Shown here in pieces: positions 1-9,880 of a DNA stretch of 42,932 nucleotides. This stretch comes from an uncultured Pirellulales bacterium (GTDB lineage: Bacteria; Planctomycetota; Phycisphaerae; Sedimentisphaerales; Anaerobacaceae): contig CAYUIL010000001.1 in NCBI GenBank assembly GCA_964444715.1, forward strand, positions 5,139-48,070, written 5' to 3'. The translations under genes were made by a program, and so were the position numbers. Each line of letters opens with the position of its first letter. The first letter of the stretch is position 1. The notes below the pieces were generated by a model. That model was given only the letters and a program-made list of their open reading frames with translations. It was not told where the DNA came from and did not search any database.

Positions 1-4
1 AACA

Positions 5-787
5 GTGATGACAACGCCCAAGGACATAGGACAGACGATTAAAGTCAACTACCTTCAGCCGGCCTTTCTGATATGCGCCGGGGTGCTGGCGATAACAGCC
101 AGCGCTATGTCAGCAACTATCAAGCTGATGGGTATATACTTAGAGAAAGAGCCGATACCGCTAAAAAGGCCCCTTTCTCAGATGGATAGCTTTAACCTGG
201 GGCCGTATAAAGTAGCAGCCAAACAGAAAATTGATAACCCGGACGTGCTGGAGACCTTGGGCACTGAATATTACATCCAATGGATTTTGGAAGATACAAA
301 CACCCCTGAAACAAGCAACGCGCGACTTTGCTCACTGTTTATAACTTACTATCCGCTTCCGGACGTAGTGCCGCACAGGCCGGAGGAATGCTACGTTGGA
401 GGTGGTTTTCAGCAAATAAGCTCCGAAGGCGTTACACTTGAAATCAACAATGACGGCAAAAAGCGTCAAGTCAACGCGAGCTATCTGATGTTTGCCGGAA
501 CAGAGCTGGGTCTGCTGGAAAGCGAGACAAGGTTTCCTCTTTTGTATTTCTTCAGTGTGAACGGTAATTATACCGGCGGAAGAGGAGATGCGCGGTTTAA
601 AGTAATGACGAAAAATCTTTTCGGAAAATTTTCTTATTTCTCGAAGGTTGAATGGAAGTTTTACAATAACAAATTTGGACGGGCAACGTACCCGAATAAG
701 CAAGAGGCATTGGCGGCGAGCGAAAAATTACTGGCGGTTATTCTGCCTATCCTTGAAAAGGAACACTGGCCCAGCGGGTTGTGGTAG
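5..787 (+). CDS. EpsI-family exosortase-associated protein (membrane anchored)
   Basis: 260-aa ORF with an N-terminal hydrophobic helix (FLICAGVLAITASAM). The segment LFITYYPLPDVVPHRPEECYVGGGF fits the EpsI hallmark as I recall it (..YY......H.PE.C..G.G.). Downstream are a TPR giant and a chain-length/tyrosine-kinase gene, as in PEP-CTERM/exosortase EPS loci. The frame is open to the window edge, so the start could lie upstream. Confidence 0.55.
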   Translation: MMTTPKDIGQTIKVNYLQPAFLICAGVLAITASAMSATIKLMGIYLEKEPIPLKRPLSQMDSFNLGPYKVAAKQKIDNPDVLETLGTEYYIQWILEDTNTPETSNARLCSLFITYYPLPDVVPHRPEECYVGGGFQQISSEGVTLEINNDGKKRQVNASYLMFAGTELGLLESETRFPLLYFFSVNGNYTGGRGDARFKVMTKNLFGKFSYFSKVEWKFYNNKFGRATYPNKQEALAASEKLLAVILPILEKEHWPSGLW

Positions 788-878
788 GCAAACAACGTAT
801 TCCAGACGGGACAAATGAATGTGGTTTTGCCAGCTTCGGTGGTGTGGGCGCTTCCGAGCAGATAAGGAGTGAAAAGTA

Positions 879-3800
879 ATGGCAAAGAAAAGACTAAACA
901 AGAAGGTGGCGCTGATAGGGTCTGCAGTTTTCGTGTTTGTGGTTATTTTGGCCATAGGGGTGTTCTTAACCTTGAGCCGGGACCCGCAGAAGTTCATACA
1001 AGACGGCGACGCCGCAGCAGAGACGGCACGCCAAACCCAAGACCAGCAGCAACGCAAAGACATCTACAAGGAGGCGGAACGCAACTACAGAAAGGCCTAC
1101 GGGCTTGCCAAGACCGACGAGCTTAAGGTCAAGACCCTACACCGCCTCGCGGATGTCTTCACAGAAACACAAAAGTGGCGTGAGACGCTTGGATGCTGGA
1201 CGCAGATTGTGCGTCTCGATTCCAAGGACGTGCGGGCAAGATATAACCGGCTGAAATACTTTTACATAATTGCACAGACCTCGCCAGGGATGGTATGGCA
1301 GGAGGTGACATCGCAGGCATCGGAATTCATAAGAACAGTTGAATCGCCCGGTGCAGCGCCCGAGCTGGCCTCGACGGACACATCAAAGTGGGAGATTGAC
1401 GCGCTCAAACAAAAGGGAGAGACGACGCATCGTTTAGGTCCGTATTTGCATCTGATTCGGGGTGTGGCAAACCTCAATATCGCACAGCTTGGAATGGTGA
1501 CAAACAAGGAAGAAACGCTCAAGCAGGCCGTTGCCGACCTTGAGATTGTCAAGCAATTAGAGCCGGCAAATGCTGAGGTGTATCTATACCTGGCACAGGC
1601 GGCGGATATAAGAGGCGAGATAGAAGCATCGAAAGGAAACCTGGATGCCAGAGACAAAGGGAGGGATGATGCGATAGAAATACTCAGGGAAGGAGTGGAG
1701 GCAACAAAGGACGGAGTAGAGGCCAACATCAATCTTCTCGAGATAAAGCACATTTTTACTCGGGCCAGCCCTGACCCCAACCAGCGAAAGCAGATTCTGG
1801 CGCTGGAGCCGGAGTATCTGGCACTTACCACTAAATTCGGCTCAAGCGCGGATGTGCTTTTGGCGATTTCCCTCTTCTACTCAGACTTTCGTCTCGGTCC
1901 GGCCTACCTTGACAAGGCAATCGAGGCAATTGAGAAGGCACGCGAACTCGATAATAATAACGTGGGTTACGCGCTAATCGCCGCGAGTTTGTACTCCAGA
2001 AGATTCGATATCCACAAACAGAAAGAAGATTCGGATAAAGCGGTCGAGATTACCAAAAACGCACTTTTGCTACCCGACGCCCAGGAGACAACCGGACCGC
2101 GGTCGGCAATGGCCAGGGCATATCAAGTGCGATTGAACAGCATACTTGCAAGCAGCTATATCGACCAGATACTGGATTCGGCAGAGCCGCCGGGGGAATC
2201 CGAGGGGCAACAGTTGCTGACGGAGGCCCAGCAGGCGACTCGCCAGATTGAGCAGATTTTCAGCAGCGGGGATGACCCGCAGGTCGTTAAATGGCAGGGG
2301 ATGGTCGAGCTTGCGGCGGCCCGACTCGGAAAGGGGGATGCCTCTACCGTGGTCCGAAAGCTGTATAAGACATATACGCAACTGAAGGCATCTGGACGGT
2401 CAGACCCGCGCCTTTCCTACGAACTTGCGAAGGTCTTTGCCAACAGCAACGAGAGTGGTGCAGTTGGAGAGTTTCTCGCCAATGCGATGGAATACGGGAT
2501 AGAGGCGGTGCAGCCGGAAGCGAGGTTGGACTACGCCGAGTTTTTGGTCAAGATGAAGATGTGGGAGGCGGCGATGGCGCACATCGATGTGTTCGAGGAA
2601 AGATACGGAGCGACCGACAGAAGCCGTATGCTGCGGATTAGTACGCACATAGGCGCCAGGGAATTTGCGGATGCAGAACGATATTTGGAACAGATGCCGC
2701 AGCAGCAGGACCCCAATTGGTTGATGCTGAAGGCGGCGGTTCTGGAGGGCAAGAGCCGGCAGGTTCGCGGAATCATCGAGCGCAAAAAAGAAAAACCGCG
2801 AACAACAGTGGTTCTGTCGAACATACTCAGCCAGCAGCCGCAAGAGGCGGTTGACCAGCGCTCGGTCGAACAGCTTACGGCGGAGATGAGGGGTAACTTG
2901 TCGGCTTTTATCGAATATATGGATAAACTACTCGAAAAAGACCCGAACTCATTGGGTGCCGGCACAATAGCATCGCTGTGTGAGGACGCGATAGCAACAG
3001 GGCAGTTCGACGCAGCGAATCTGATAGTGGACAAATTTCTGAAATACCAGCCGTTTAATTCGGCAGCGTTGTTCTACAAGCAACTGCTTGCCGAGCCGGA
3101 GCCGGCGAAGGTTCCCGCTGAGAGGCGAAAACAGATACAAGAGGAGGTTTTTTCGGGAATCCCCGACCCCGTCAGGCGAGCGGCGGCTCTGGGTGTGTTT
3201 TATCAGATGAACGGCGAGCCCAATAAGGCAGTGGAGCAATTCAAAAAGCTGGCCGGTATATCTGCGGGCGCCGAGACGCTCCAGACGGATAAAGCATCAC
3301 GGTATCTGGCAGCGGGACACCTGTTTGACATAGCTTTGGATAAAGAGGACTGGGAGGTCGCCGACAAGATTGTGCAGATGGCGCGGCAGGAAAATATAGA
3401 CGAGTGCTCAGGAGACTTTTTTGCCGCGAGGGTCGCCCTTGCGAAAGGGCAATATGAAACCGCGCTGGCGAGCATAGAGAGCGCTCTGACGCAAAGACCT
3501 GTTTCCGGGTACGGGTATCTGCTGCGGTCCCGCATCAATGCCGCACTCGGCAACGATGCAGCCGCACTGGCCGACACACAAACAGCGACAACTATCAATC
3601 CGATGGACAGGAACATCGCACGAGACATGGCTAATCGGCTGTATATACGCAACCAAAAACTCGGCAACAATGTTTCGTCCGCGCAATTAACCGAAACCAG
3701 GCATGCCCTGGACTGGGCTATAGCACTGAATCCCGGGAACTCGCAATTATTGAACTTCTACGCAGATTACATCGGTGAAAGCGAGCCGGAGCGGGCATTG

Positions 3801-5804
3801 GCGTTGCGGCAGAGCTTACAGGAAAATACGCCGAGCATGCAGAATGCGCTGTTACTTGCCCGGCTTGCCACACGACTTGGTCTGGACAGCACCGACACAC
3901 AACGGCAGAAGGCATTGCTGGGGATGGCGGCCTCGGCTCTGGAGCAGGCGAAAAGCTACGACCCGCAGAATCCCGCGATGCTCGATAGCTACGCGGAATA
4001 CTACCGCAAGACAGGACAACAAGAAAAGGCAGAGCAGTTGCTGACAATGGCAAAGGAGCCCCGGCTGCTGTGGCGACACTATTTAAGGGCTGGGCGATAT
4101 GAAGATGCCAGGAAGGTTCTCGAGCAGTTGTATGAAGCAAACCCAAAGGACGTGAACACGCTCAAGGGGCTGCTAATTTTGGCGGAAGGAGCAGCCGACA
4201 GGAAAACTGTGACAAAATACGCCGAGCAACTGCTATCCGCCGAGGAAACAGCCGACAATCATCTTTTGTTAGTGCAGACTTACCTCAACACCGGTCTTGT
4301 CAAGGAAGCCGGTAAGAAGCTGGACAGTTTCCGAGAGAGGTACCCAGCAGACGGCAGGGGACTGCTGATGGGGGCGTGGCTTTCTATGAAACAGGGACAT
4401 CTGAAGGAGGCGCTGGAACTGACGAACAAGCGGCTCGAGGGCGACCAGAGCGATGCAATAGCTTGGCGGCTGCGGGGACAGATAAATCATATGCTGGCGG
4501 AATACGAACAGGCAATATCGGACCTCAAGCGCAGCAAGACTTTACTCGACGCAGGAGTAACAAGGGTGGCACTTGCAAAGGCATATCTGAAGGCCGGACG
4601 CAACGAAGATGCCGTTACTGAACTCAAGGCTATCACCGAGGACCCGCAGGCACCTGACGAAGCAAGAAGTTTGCTCGAACGAATCTATTTGCGGTCCAAG
4701 CAAAAAGAGGCGCTCAACAATTTCTACGCGAAAATCCTCGAACAACTGCCGGAAAACGTATACTGGCACAACCACGCTGCCGAGTTTGCGAGCCTGACCG
4801 ACGATTTTGCGAAGGCAGAGCAGTTATATGACTTAGCTCTGCGCAAAAGCAAAGAACAGGGGCGGGCGGATTCCGATGCCCTGGCCGGGTATCTACAGGC
4901 GCTTTTGGCTGCCGGAAAGATGGACAAGCTATTTGAAGAGGCAGGCAAATACGTGGACGGCAATCTCGCCCCCATCGCGTATTTCAGAATGGCGGAAGGC
5001 AAGATAAAGCTCGGTGACCGCACCACAGCCGTTCAGTACTGTAGAAAGGCGGTCGACAAAGTGGGCGACAACACAGAACTCTCTATGCAGGTGCTTGAAA
5101 AGATGTATGCGCTGCTTGGGGAGCGAGACGCGGAACAGGTGTGCAGGCAAAAGCTGGCATCGGAACCGGAATCGTTCTCTGGAAACTGGACTATGTATAA
5201 CCTATCCCAGCTCAAAGGCGATTATAACAAGGCGGGGGAATACCTTGACAAATGCCTAAAGACGACCAGTCCAGGTCAGCCGCGCTGGTTTGGCCTCACA
5301 ATGCAAAAGGCAGAGGTGTTGATACTGACCTACTACAAAACTTCCGATAATAACTACCTTAAAGCTGCTATTGAGGCCTACGAAAGTCTGCTGGCAAAAA
5401 TGCCGAATAATACAAACATCCTGAACAACGTTGCATATATACTTGCTGAGAACAACCAGGACCTCGACAAGGCGTTGGAATATGCCAAGCGGATTTACGA
5501 AGCTCAACCAGAAAACCCAGGGTATCTCGACACTTACGCCTTTGTGCTTAACAAGAAGGGCAAGTATTCTGAGGCAGTGCAGCTTGGACAGGCAGCGATA
5601 CAGCAGTACGAGGCGCAACAGATGTCGATTCCCTTAGTGGTGTATGAGCACCTGGGACAATCTTACGAGCAACTCGGCGAACTGTCACAGGCACGTGCGG
5701 CGTACGAGCAGGCACTGGATGCCGGCGGAGAGAATATATCGAAGTCGGACAACCAACGTGTAAACGCAGCATTAGAACGGCTCGGAAAACAAAAAGGTAA
5801 TTAA
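879..5804 (+). CDS. Giant TPR-repeat protein with N-terminal TM anchor (PrsT-like EPS/exosortase-locus TPR protein)
   Basis: 1641-aa uninterrupted ORF with AAGGAG-like RBS GATAAGGAG 8-16 nt upstream. N-terminal helix VALIGSAVFVFVVILAIGVFL. There are dozens of TPR-like A..Y..AL...P.N repeats along the whole length. Confidence 0.75.
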   Translation: MAKKRLNKKVALIGSAVFVFVVILAIGVFLTLSRDPQKFIQDGDAAAETARQTQDQQQRKDIYKEAERNYRKAYGLAKTDELKVKTLHRLADVFTETQKWRETLGCWTQIVRLDSKDVRARYNRLKYFYIIAQTSPGMVWQEVTSQASEFIRTVESPGAAPELASTDTSKWEIDALKQKGETTHRLGPYLHLIRGVANLNIAQLGMVTNKEETLKQAVADLEIVKQLEPANAEVYLYLAQAADIRGEIEASKGNLDARDKGRDDAIEILREGVEATKDGVEANINLLEIKHIFTRASPDPNQRKQILALEPEYLALTTKFGSSADVLLAISLFYSDFRLGPAYLDKAIEAIEKARELDNNNVGYALIAASLYSRRFDIHKQKEDSDKAVEITKNALLLPDAQETTGPRSAMARAYQVRLNSILASSYIDQILDSAEPPGESEGQQLLTEAQQATRQIEQIFSSGDDPQVVKWQGMVELAAARLGKGDASTVVRKLYKTYTQLKASGRSDPRLSYELAKVFANSNESGAVGEFLANAMEYGIEAVQPEARLDYAEFLVKMKMWEAAMAHIDVFEERYGATDRSRMLRISTHIGAREFADAERYLEQMPQQQDPNWLMLKAAVLEGKSRQVRGIIERKKEKPRTTVVLSNILSQQPQEAVDQRSVEQLTAEMRGNLSAFIEYMDKLLEKDPNSLGAGTIASLCEDAIATGQFDAANLIVDKFLKYQPFNSAALFYKQLLAEPEPAKVPAERRKQIQEEVFSGIPDPVRRAAALGVFYQMNGEPNKAVEQFKKLAGISAGAETLQTDKASRYLAAGHLFDIALDKEDWEVADKIVQMARQENIDECSGDFFAARVALAKGQYETALASIESALTQRPVSGYGYLLRSRINAALGNDAAALADTQTATTINPMDRNIARDMANRLYIRNQKLGNNVSSAQLTETRHALDWAIALNPGNSQLLNFYADYIGESEPERALALRQSLQENTPSMQNALLLARLATRLGLDSTDTQRQKALLGMAASALEQAKSYDPQNPAMLDSYAEYYRKTGQQEKAEQLLTMAKEPRLLWRHYLRAGRYEDARKVLEQLYEANPKDVNTLKGLLILAEGAADRKTVTKYAEQLLSAEETADNHLLLVQTYLNTGLVKEAGKKLDSFRERYPADGRGLLMGAWLSMKQGHLKEALELTNKRLEGDQSDAIAWRLRGQINHMLAEYEQAISDLKRSKTLLDAGVTRVALAKAYLKAGRNEDAVTELKAITEDPQAPDEARSLLERIYLRSKQKEALNNFYAKILEQLPENVYWHNHAAEFASLTDDFAKAEQLYDLALRKSKEQGRADSDALAGYLQALLAAGKMDKLFEEAGKYVDGNLAPIAYFRMAEGKIKLGDRTTAVQYCRKAVDKVGDNTELSMQVLEKMYALLGERDAEQVCRQKLASEPESFSGNWTMYNLSQLKGDYNKAGEYLDKCLKTTSPGQPRWFGLTMQKAEVLILTYYKTSDNNYLKAAIEAYESLLAKMPNNTNILNNVAYILAENNQDLDKALEYAKRIYEAQPENPGYLDTYAFVLNKKGKYSEAVQLGQAAIQQYEAQQMSIPLVVYEHLGQSYEQLGELSQARAAYEQALDAGGENISKSDNQRVNAALERLGKQKGN

Positions 5805-5884
5805 AGCGAGCAACCAAAATGTTCGGCGTTGTGCAGGGACTGCCGGCGACGATAGTAGCTGCTAACTATTGGCGGGAAGCGTAA

Positions 5885-8122
5885 ATGGCTCAAACAGGCC
5901 AAAGACCGATGGTGAGCGGACCTGAGGCGATGGTGCCGAGGCCAGTGGCGGTTGCACACCCAACTACGGTTGGAATAACGCCGAAAGAAGGTCTCGCCAT
6001 ACTGCGAAGGCACTGGTTTATGATAGTATTCCTGACGGTGTTCGGCTTTTGCTGTGGCGTTGGAAGCTGGTTTCTACTGCTGAGATACTGGCCGCGGTAT
6101 AGAGCGGAGACGTTTATCAGGGTGCTTCCGCCCGTAGATAAAGACCCTACAAGGATAGAGACCGCCGCTGTGGCGAAGGATATACAATATGGTTATCGGC
6201 TGTCGATGGTCGCACTACTGAAGAGCCAAAGCATGCTTCAGCAGTTGATTGACAGGGACAATGTACAACAGACCAAATGGTTCAAGAGCTTCGGCGACAT
6301 AAAGGATATCCGCATAAGAAAAGCCGTCAAGAAGCTGAAGAGTGATTTTGGCGCCTTTGCGCAAAGGGATGGCGACTCAATTGTTGTCTCGATGACCTGC
6401 ACGAACAAGGAAGAATCGGCCTTGATAGTGAACGAAATGGTGAGTCTATTTGTCAGCAGCCGAGGCAGCACCAAGAGGAAAGAGGTCGCGGATAAGCTCA
6501 CACAGCTTGAAGAGCAGCGGATTCGTGTGCAGAGGGATTTGGACTCGGCAGAGCGTGCCCTTGACGATGTTCGGCGCAGATACGGGTTTACTGACCTCGA
6601 GATGCCCACGTTCGAGCCGGTCACCGACAAGAAGCTCAAAGACCTGGAGCTTCAGCAGGACAACCTGGCGATAGATATCAGCCAGACGCGCGCAACCATC
6701 GAACGCCTTGCAATACAGGCGGAGGGGCCCGTTCAGGTGCAGGTGGAACAGCAGGTCGAGACGGACCCCATAATGACCATGTTGGCCCAGCAGTTGGCGT
6801 TACGGGAATCGGCGCTCGCAAGCGCGCTTGCGAGATTCGGCGAGGACCACAGGATTATTCGGCAGACTCGGGAGTATATCAACTCGATAGAAGAGGAAAG
6901 GTTGCAAAGAAAGGTGGTGATTGCCGAGCAAACCAGACAATCGAACCTGAAGAACGCCCAGGATGTACTAATAACAATGGAGAAACGGCTTGAGGAACTT
7001 GAGACGAGGCGTGATGAGGCCGCGAAACAAAAAGAGGAGCTTGACCTGGCCCGTGCGCAGTTTCAGCAGCGAGCGAAAATAAGAGACGAAACAGGGGCGA
7101 TGCTCAATTCGATTAAAGAGCAGCTTGGAAAACTGAAGATAATCCACGACGACCCTGAGACCCCGAAGGTTCAAATGGTAGGCCTCGCTCCCGAACCGCT
7201 CGAGGTAAGTTTCCCGAGGTGGCAAATCTTCTTTCCCGGAGGGACGCTTCTGGGATGGCTATTGGGTATCGGCCTTACGTTCCTGGTGGAGATACTAAAC
7301 GACCTTGTGCGGACGTCGAAAGATGTGGCCAACTTCCTGCGCATTCCTCTGCTTGGGACGATACCGGACGCCGAGGAGGACGAGCAGCTCGAGGACATTG
7401 AGCTCGCACTTGTGGCGCGGCAGGCGCCGAACAGCATCGTAAGCGAGTCATACAGGCGGTTACGCACGAATTTGAAGCTGTCTGCGTCGGCAAAAAACGC
7501 CCGGACAATACTGATTACCAGTAGCGGCGCCAAAGACGGCAAAACCACCGTGGCGGTTAATCTTGCGACGACACTTGTCGCTGACGGCAAAAAGGTCCTG
7601 CTGATAGACGCCAATTTCAGGCGGCCGAGTTTCCAGACAATATTTGCGACTCAGTCGAGCCAAACGCCGGGACAGACGGGATTGAGCAATCTGCTGACGG
7701 GGCAGTGCAATTTGCAAGACGTGATAAGACCGAGCGGGATGGAGCGGCTGGAGATAATCGAATCCGGCCCGATGCCGGCCAATCCGGCAGAGGCGCTGGG
7801 AGGCGAGGCGATGGAGCAGTTGATAAGACAACAGCGGGATAGCTTCGACTACGTGATACTCGATGGACCGCCCGTGCTGTTGGCAAGCGAGACCAAAATA
7901 CTGGCAAAGTGCGTCGATGGAACCATTTTAGTATTCAACGCGGCAGCAACCAGACGAGGGGTGGCCATGCGAACCATCAGCGAGTTAAGGCAGGTCAACG
8001 CCGAGATATTCGGCTGCGTGCTGCTGGGAGCCAAGACGCTAAAGGGCGGTTACTTCCACGAACTGTTCAAGTCCTATCAGGAATACCAAACCGCCGCGGC
8101 GGGCGAGCCAGCGAAGGCCTAA
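5885..8122 (+). CDS. Polysaccharide chain-length determinant (Wzz) fused to BY-type tyrosine autokinase
   Basis: 745 aa with two TM segments flanking a long coiled-coil periplasmic region. C-terminal P-loop ATPase with ILITSSGAKDGKTTVAVNLA (Walker A), LLIDANFRRP (A') and YVILDGPPV (Walker B). The tail carries several Tyr (GGYFHELFKSYQEYQ). Confidence 0.85.
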   Translation: MAQTGQRPMVSGPEAMVPRPVAVAHPTTVGITPKEGLAILRRHWFMIVFLTVFGFCCGVGSWFLLLRYWPRYRAETFIRVLPPVDKDPTRIETAAVAKDIQYGYRLSMVALLKSQSMLQQLIDRDNVQQTKWFKSFGDIKDIRIRKAVKKLKSDFGAFAQRDGDSIVVSMTCTNKEESALIVNEMVSLFVSSRGSTKRKEVADKLTQLEEQRIRVQRDLDSAERALDDVRRRYGFTDLEMPTFEPVTDKKLKDLELQQDNLAIDISQTRATIERLAIQAEGPVQVQVEQQVETDPIMTMLAQQLALRESALASALARFGEDHRIIRQTREYINSIEEERLQRKVVIAEQTRQSNLKNAQDVLITMEKRLEELETRRDEAAKQKEELDLARAQFQQRAKIRDETGAMLNSIKEQLGKLKIIHDDPETPKVQMVGLAPEPLEVSFPRWQIFFPGGTLLGWLLGIGLTFLVEILNDLVRTSKDVANFLRIPLLGTIPDAEEDEQLEDIELALVARQAPNSIVSESYRRLRTNLKLSASAKNARTILITSSGAKDGKTTVAVNLATTLVADGKKVLLIDANFRRPSFQTIFATQSSQTPGQTGLSNLLTGQCNLQDVIRPSGMERLEIIESGPMPANPAEALGGEAMEQLIRQQRDSFDYVILDGPPVLLASETKILAKCVDGTILVFNAAATRRGVAMRTISELRQVNAEIFGCVLLGAKTLKGGYFHELFKSYQEYQTAAAGEPAKA

Positions 8123-8181
8123 CTCGCGACTCGCCCGCCTCGGCTCACGGCGAAGCGGGCTTCGGCGAGACGGGTGGCTCG
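8123..8181. repeat. Post-stop GC hairpin with 7-nt phasing (CTCGCGA CTCGCCC GCCTCGG CTCACGG ...)
   Basis: It starts at the first base after the kinase stop codon. It contains CGAAGC-GG-GCTTCG nested in CTCGCC...GGCGAG. Confidence 0.5.
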
Positions 8182-8201
8182 TTAAAGACAGGGGTTTTTG
8201 A

Positions 8202-9152
8202 ATGGATAAATTTTTGGTCACCGGCGGAGCTGGGTTTATCGGTTCAAATATCTGCGCTAAACTCGTCTCGCAGGGTTGTTTCCTCAGGGTAATTGACAAT
8301 CTGCTTACCGGCAAAAAAGGCAATCTTGCCGGCATCTTAGACAAAATCGAGTTCATACAAGCTGATATGGGCCAAGAGGAAGTTGCCCGGTCAGCTATGA
8401 AAGGCATTGACGTGGTCCTGCACCAGGGGGCTCTACCTTCGGTGCCTCGCAGCGTCGATGACCCGGCTGCCACGCACAGGCACTGCGTTGATGCAACCTT
8501 CACGCTGCTTTTGGCGGCGCGTGATGCAAAGGTGAAGCGTTTTGTTTACGCCGCCAGCTCGTCGGCTTATGGTGACACGCCTACGTTGCCGAAGGTTGAG
8601 ACGATGCCTGTCAATCCGCTTTCGCCTTACGCTGCCGCAAAACTAATGGGGGAATATTACTGCAGCGTTTTTTACAAGGTCTTTGGCCTGGAGACCATTT
8701 CGCTGCGGTATTTCAACGTCTTCGGCCCGCACCAGGACCCGACAAGCCAGTATGCGGCGGCGATACCGGCTTTCGTGACGGCAATTCTGACCGACGAGCG
8801 GCCGACCGTTTACGGCGACGGCAAGCAAAGCCGGGACTTTACTTATGTGGATAACGTTGTCGAGGCAAACCTGCTTGCCGCAAGGGCCAAGCATACAAAA
8901 GGAGAGGTTGTGAATATCGCCTGCGGCGAGGCGGTAACAGTGAACGAAACTATTAATACGATCAACAAGCTACTAGCCAAAGACGTAAAACCAGTTTACG
9001 CACCGTTCCGTCCCGGCGACGTCAAACACTCACTGGCGGACATCTCGCTAGCAGGGAAACTGCTCGATTATAAGCCGCTGGTCTTGTTCAGGGAAGGCCT
9101 GCAAAAAGCCATCAACTGGTACCGGGATAACCTCGTGACTCGTCGCTCGTGA
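8202..9152 (+). CDS. NAD-dependent sugar-nucleotide epimerase/dehydratase (extended SDR, WbpP/TviC-like)
   Basis: 316 aa with Rossmann motif VTGGAGFIGSN, catalytic S..YAAAK and typical SDR length. The last six codons (LVTRRS) and the stop lie inside a 14-nt tandem repeat. Confidence 0.85.
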   Translation: MDKFLVTGGAGFIGSNICAKLVSQGCFLRVIDNLLTGKKGNLAGILDKIEFIQADMGQEEVARSAMKGIDVVLHQGALPSVPRSVDDPAATHRHCVDATFTLLLAARDAKVKRFVYAASSSAYGDTPTLPKVETMPVNPLSPYAAAKLMGEYYCSVFYKVFGLETISLRYFNVFGPHQDPTSQYAAAIPAFVTAILTDERPTVYGDGKQSRDFTYVDNVVEANLLAARAKHTKGEVVNIACGEAVTVNETINTINKLLAKDVKPVYAPFRPGDVKHSLADISLAGKLLDYKPLVLFREGLQKAINWYRDNLVTRRS

Positions 9153-9207
9153 CTCGTCGCCCGACACAAACGAGTCACGGAGGCCGGGGCACGGGTCAGT
9201 GCGTGCT
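9132..9207. repeat. Heptamer-phased inverted repeat, including a perfect 14-nt tandem duplication over the epimerase stop codon
   Basis: CTCGTGACTCGTCG occurs twice (9132-9145 and 9146-9159). It is followed by CCCGACACAAA and then opposing units CGAGTCACGG AGGCCGG GGCACGG GTCAGTG. Confidence 0.7.
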
Positions 9208-9603
9208 CTGTTCTTTTAGCTGCTCTGCTGACTGAATGAGTTCCTGCCTGTCGATTTCCTTTTGTGGGGTCAGGTCGAACGACCACTGGTAGGAATCGAC
9301 GATGCGGCCGGGGTACAGGTTCTGGACAAAGAAGTCAAAGGGGAAGCAGTCGTGCCAAGGCGGCTGGAGCTTGCGATGGGTTGATAGTGTCCCATAGCCC
9401 TGTTTGCGAATTGTGACGTTATAGTCGCCGTACCAGTTGAATGAGACGGTCGCCGGCGAGACGCCTATCTCCTCGTCGTTGAGACAAACCAGCGCACCGG
9501 ACGGGTTTGTGTTGATGGTCAGCTTACGGTCAACGCAACCGGCCGCCACCAAAAGGCCGGCAAGCAGAATAAACAGCGATACTCGTGCTACATCCTGATA
9601 CAT
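9196..9603 (-). CDS. PEGA-domain lipoprotein
   Basis: 135 aa with lipobox LLVAAGC. The PEGA-like segment is TNPSGALVCLNDEEIGVSPATVSFNWYGDYNVTIRKQGYG. Confidence 0.6.
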   Translation of the reverse strand: MYQDVARVSLFILLAGLLVAAGCVDRKLTINTNPSGALVCLNDEEIGVSPATVSFNWYGDYNVTIRKQGYGTLSTHRKLQPPWHDCFPFDFFVQNLYPGRIVDSYQWSFDLTPQKEIDRQELIQSAEQLKEQSTH

Positions 9604-9811
9604 CGGTACCTCATTATATGCAAATGTTAATGGTCGGAAAAGGCCCTCGCACCTATTTTCTCCGTCAACTTCTACAAGCCCGGCGCACTGGGGTAGCTTG
9701 AAGGCTCAGAGTCCGATAAGTCCAAGCATAGAGGGCTGTGTTAAGATTGACCGGGTGTAATTTTGTATTTAGGATGGTCAGCCAATTGGGCGATTAGATT
9801 AGTAGATGTCG

Positions 9812-9880
9812 CCCCGCACCCATTTTGGAATATGGGCGCTGGGGCGGGTAGCTGCTTTACGGACCAAAATGGGTGCGGGG
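9812..9880 (+). promoter_or_regulatory. Perfect 17-bp inverted repeat (35-nt loop) overlapping the mlaE translation start
   Basis: CCCCGCACCCATTTTGG (9812-9828) is the exact reverse complement of CCAAAATGGGTGCGGGG (9864-9880). The 3' arm contains the GTG at 9873 and ends 2 nt before the ATG at 9882. Confidence 0.5.
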
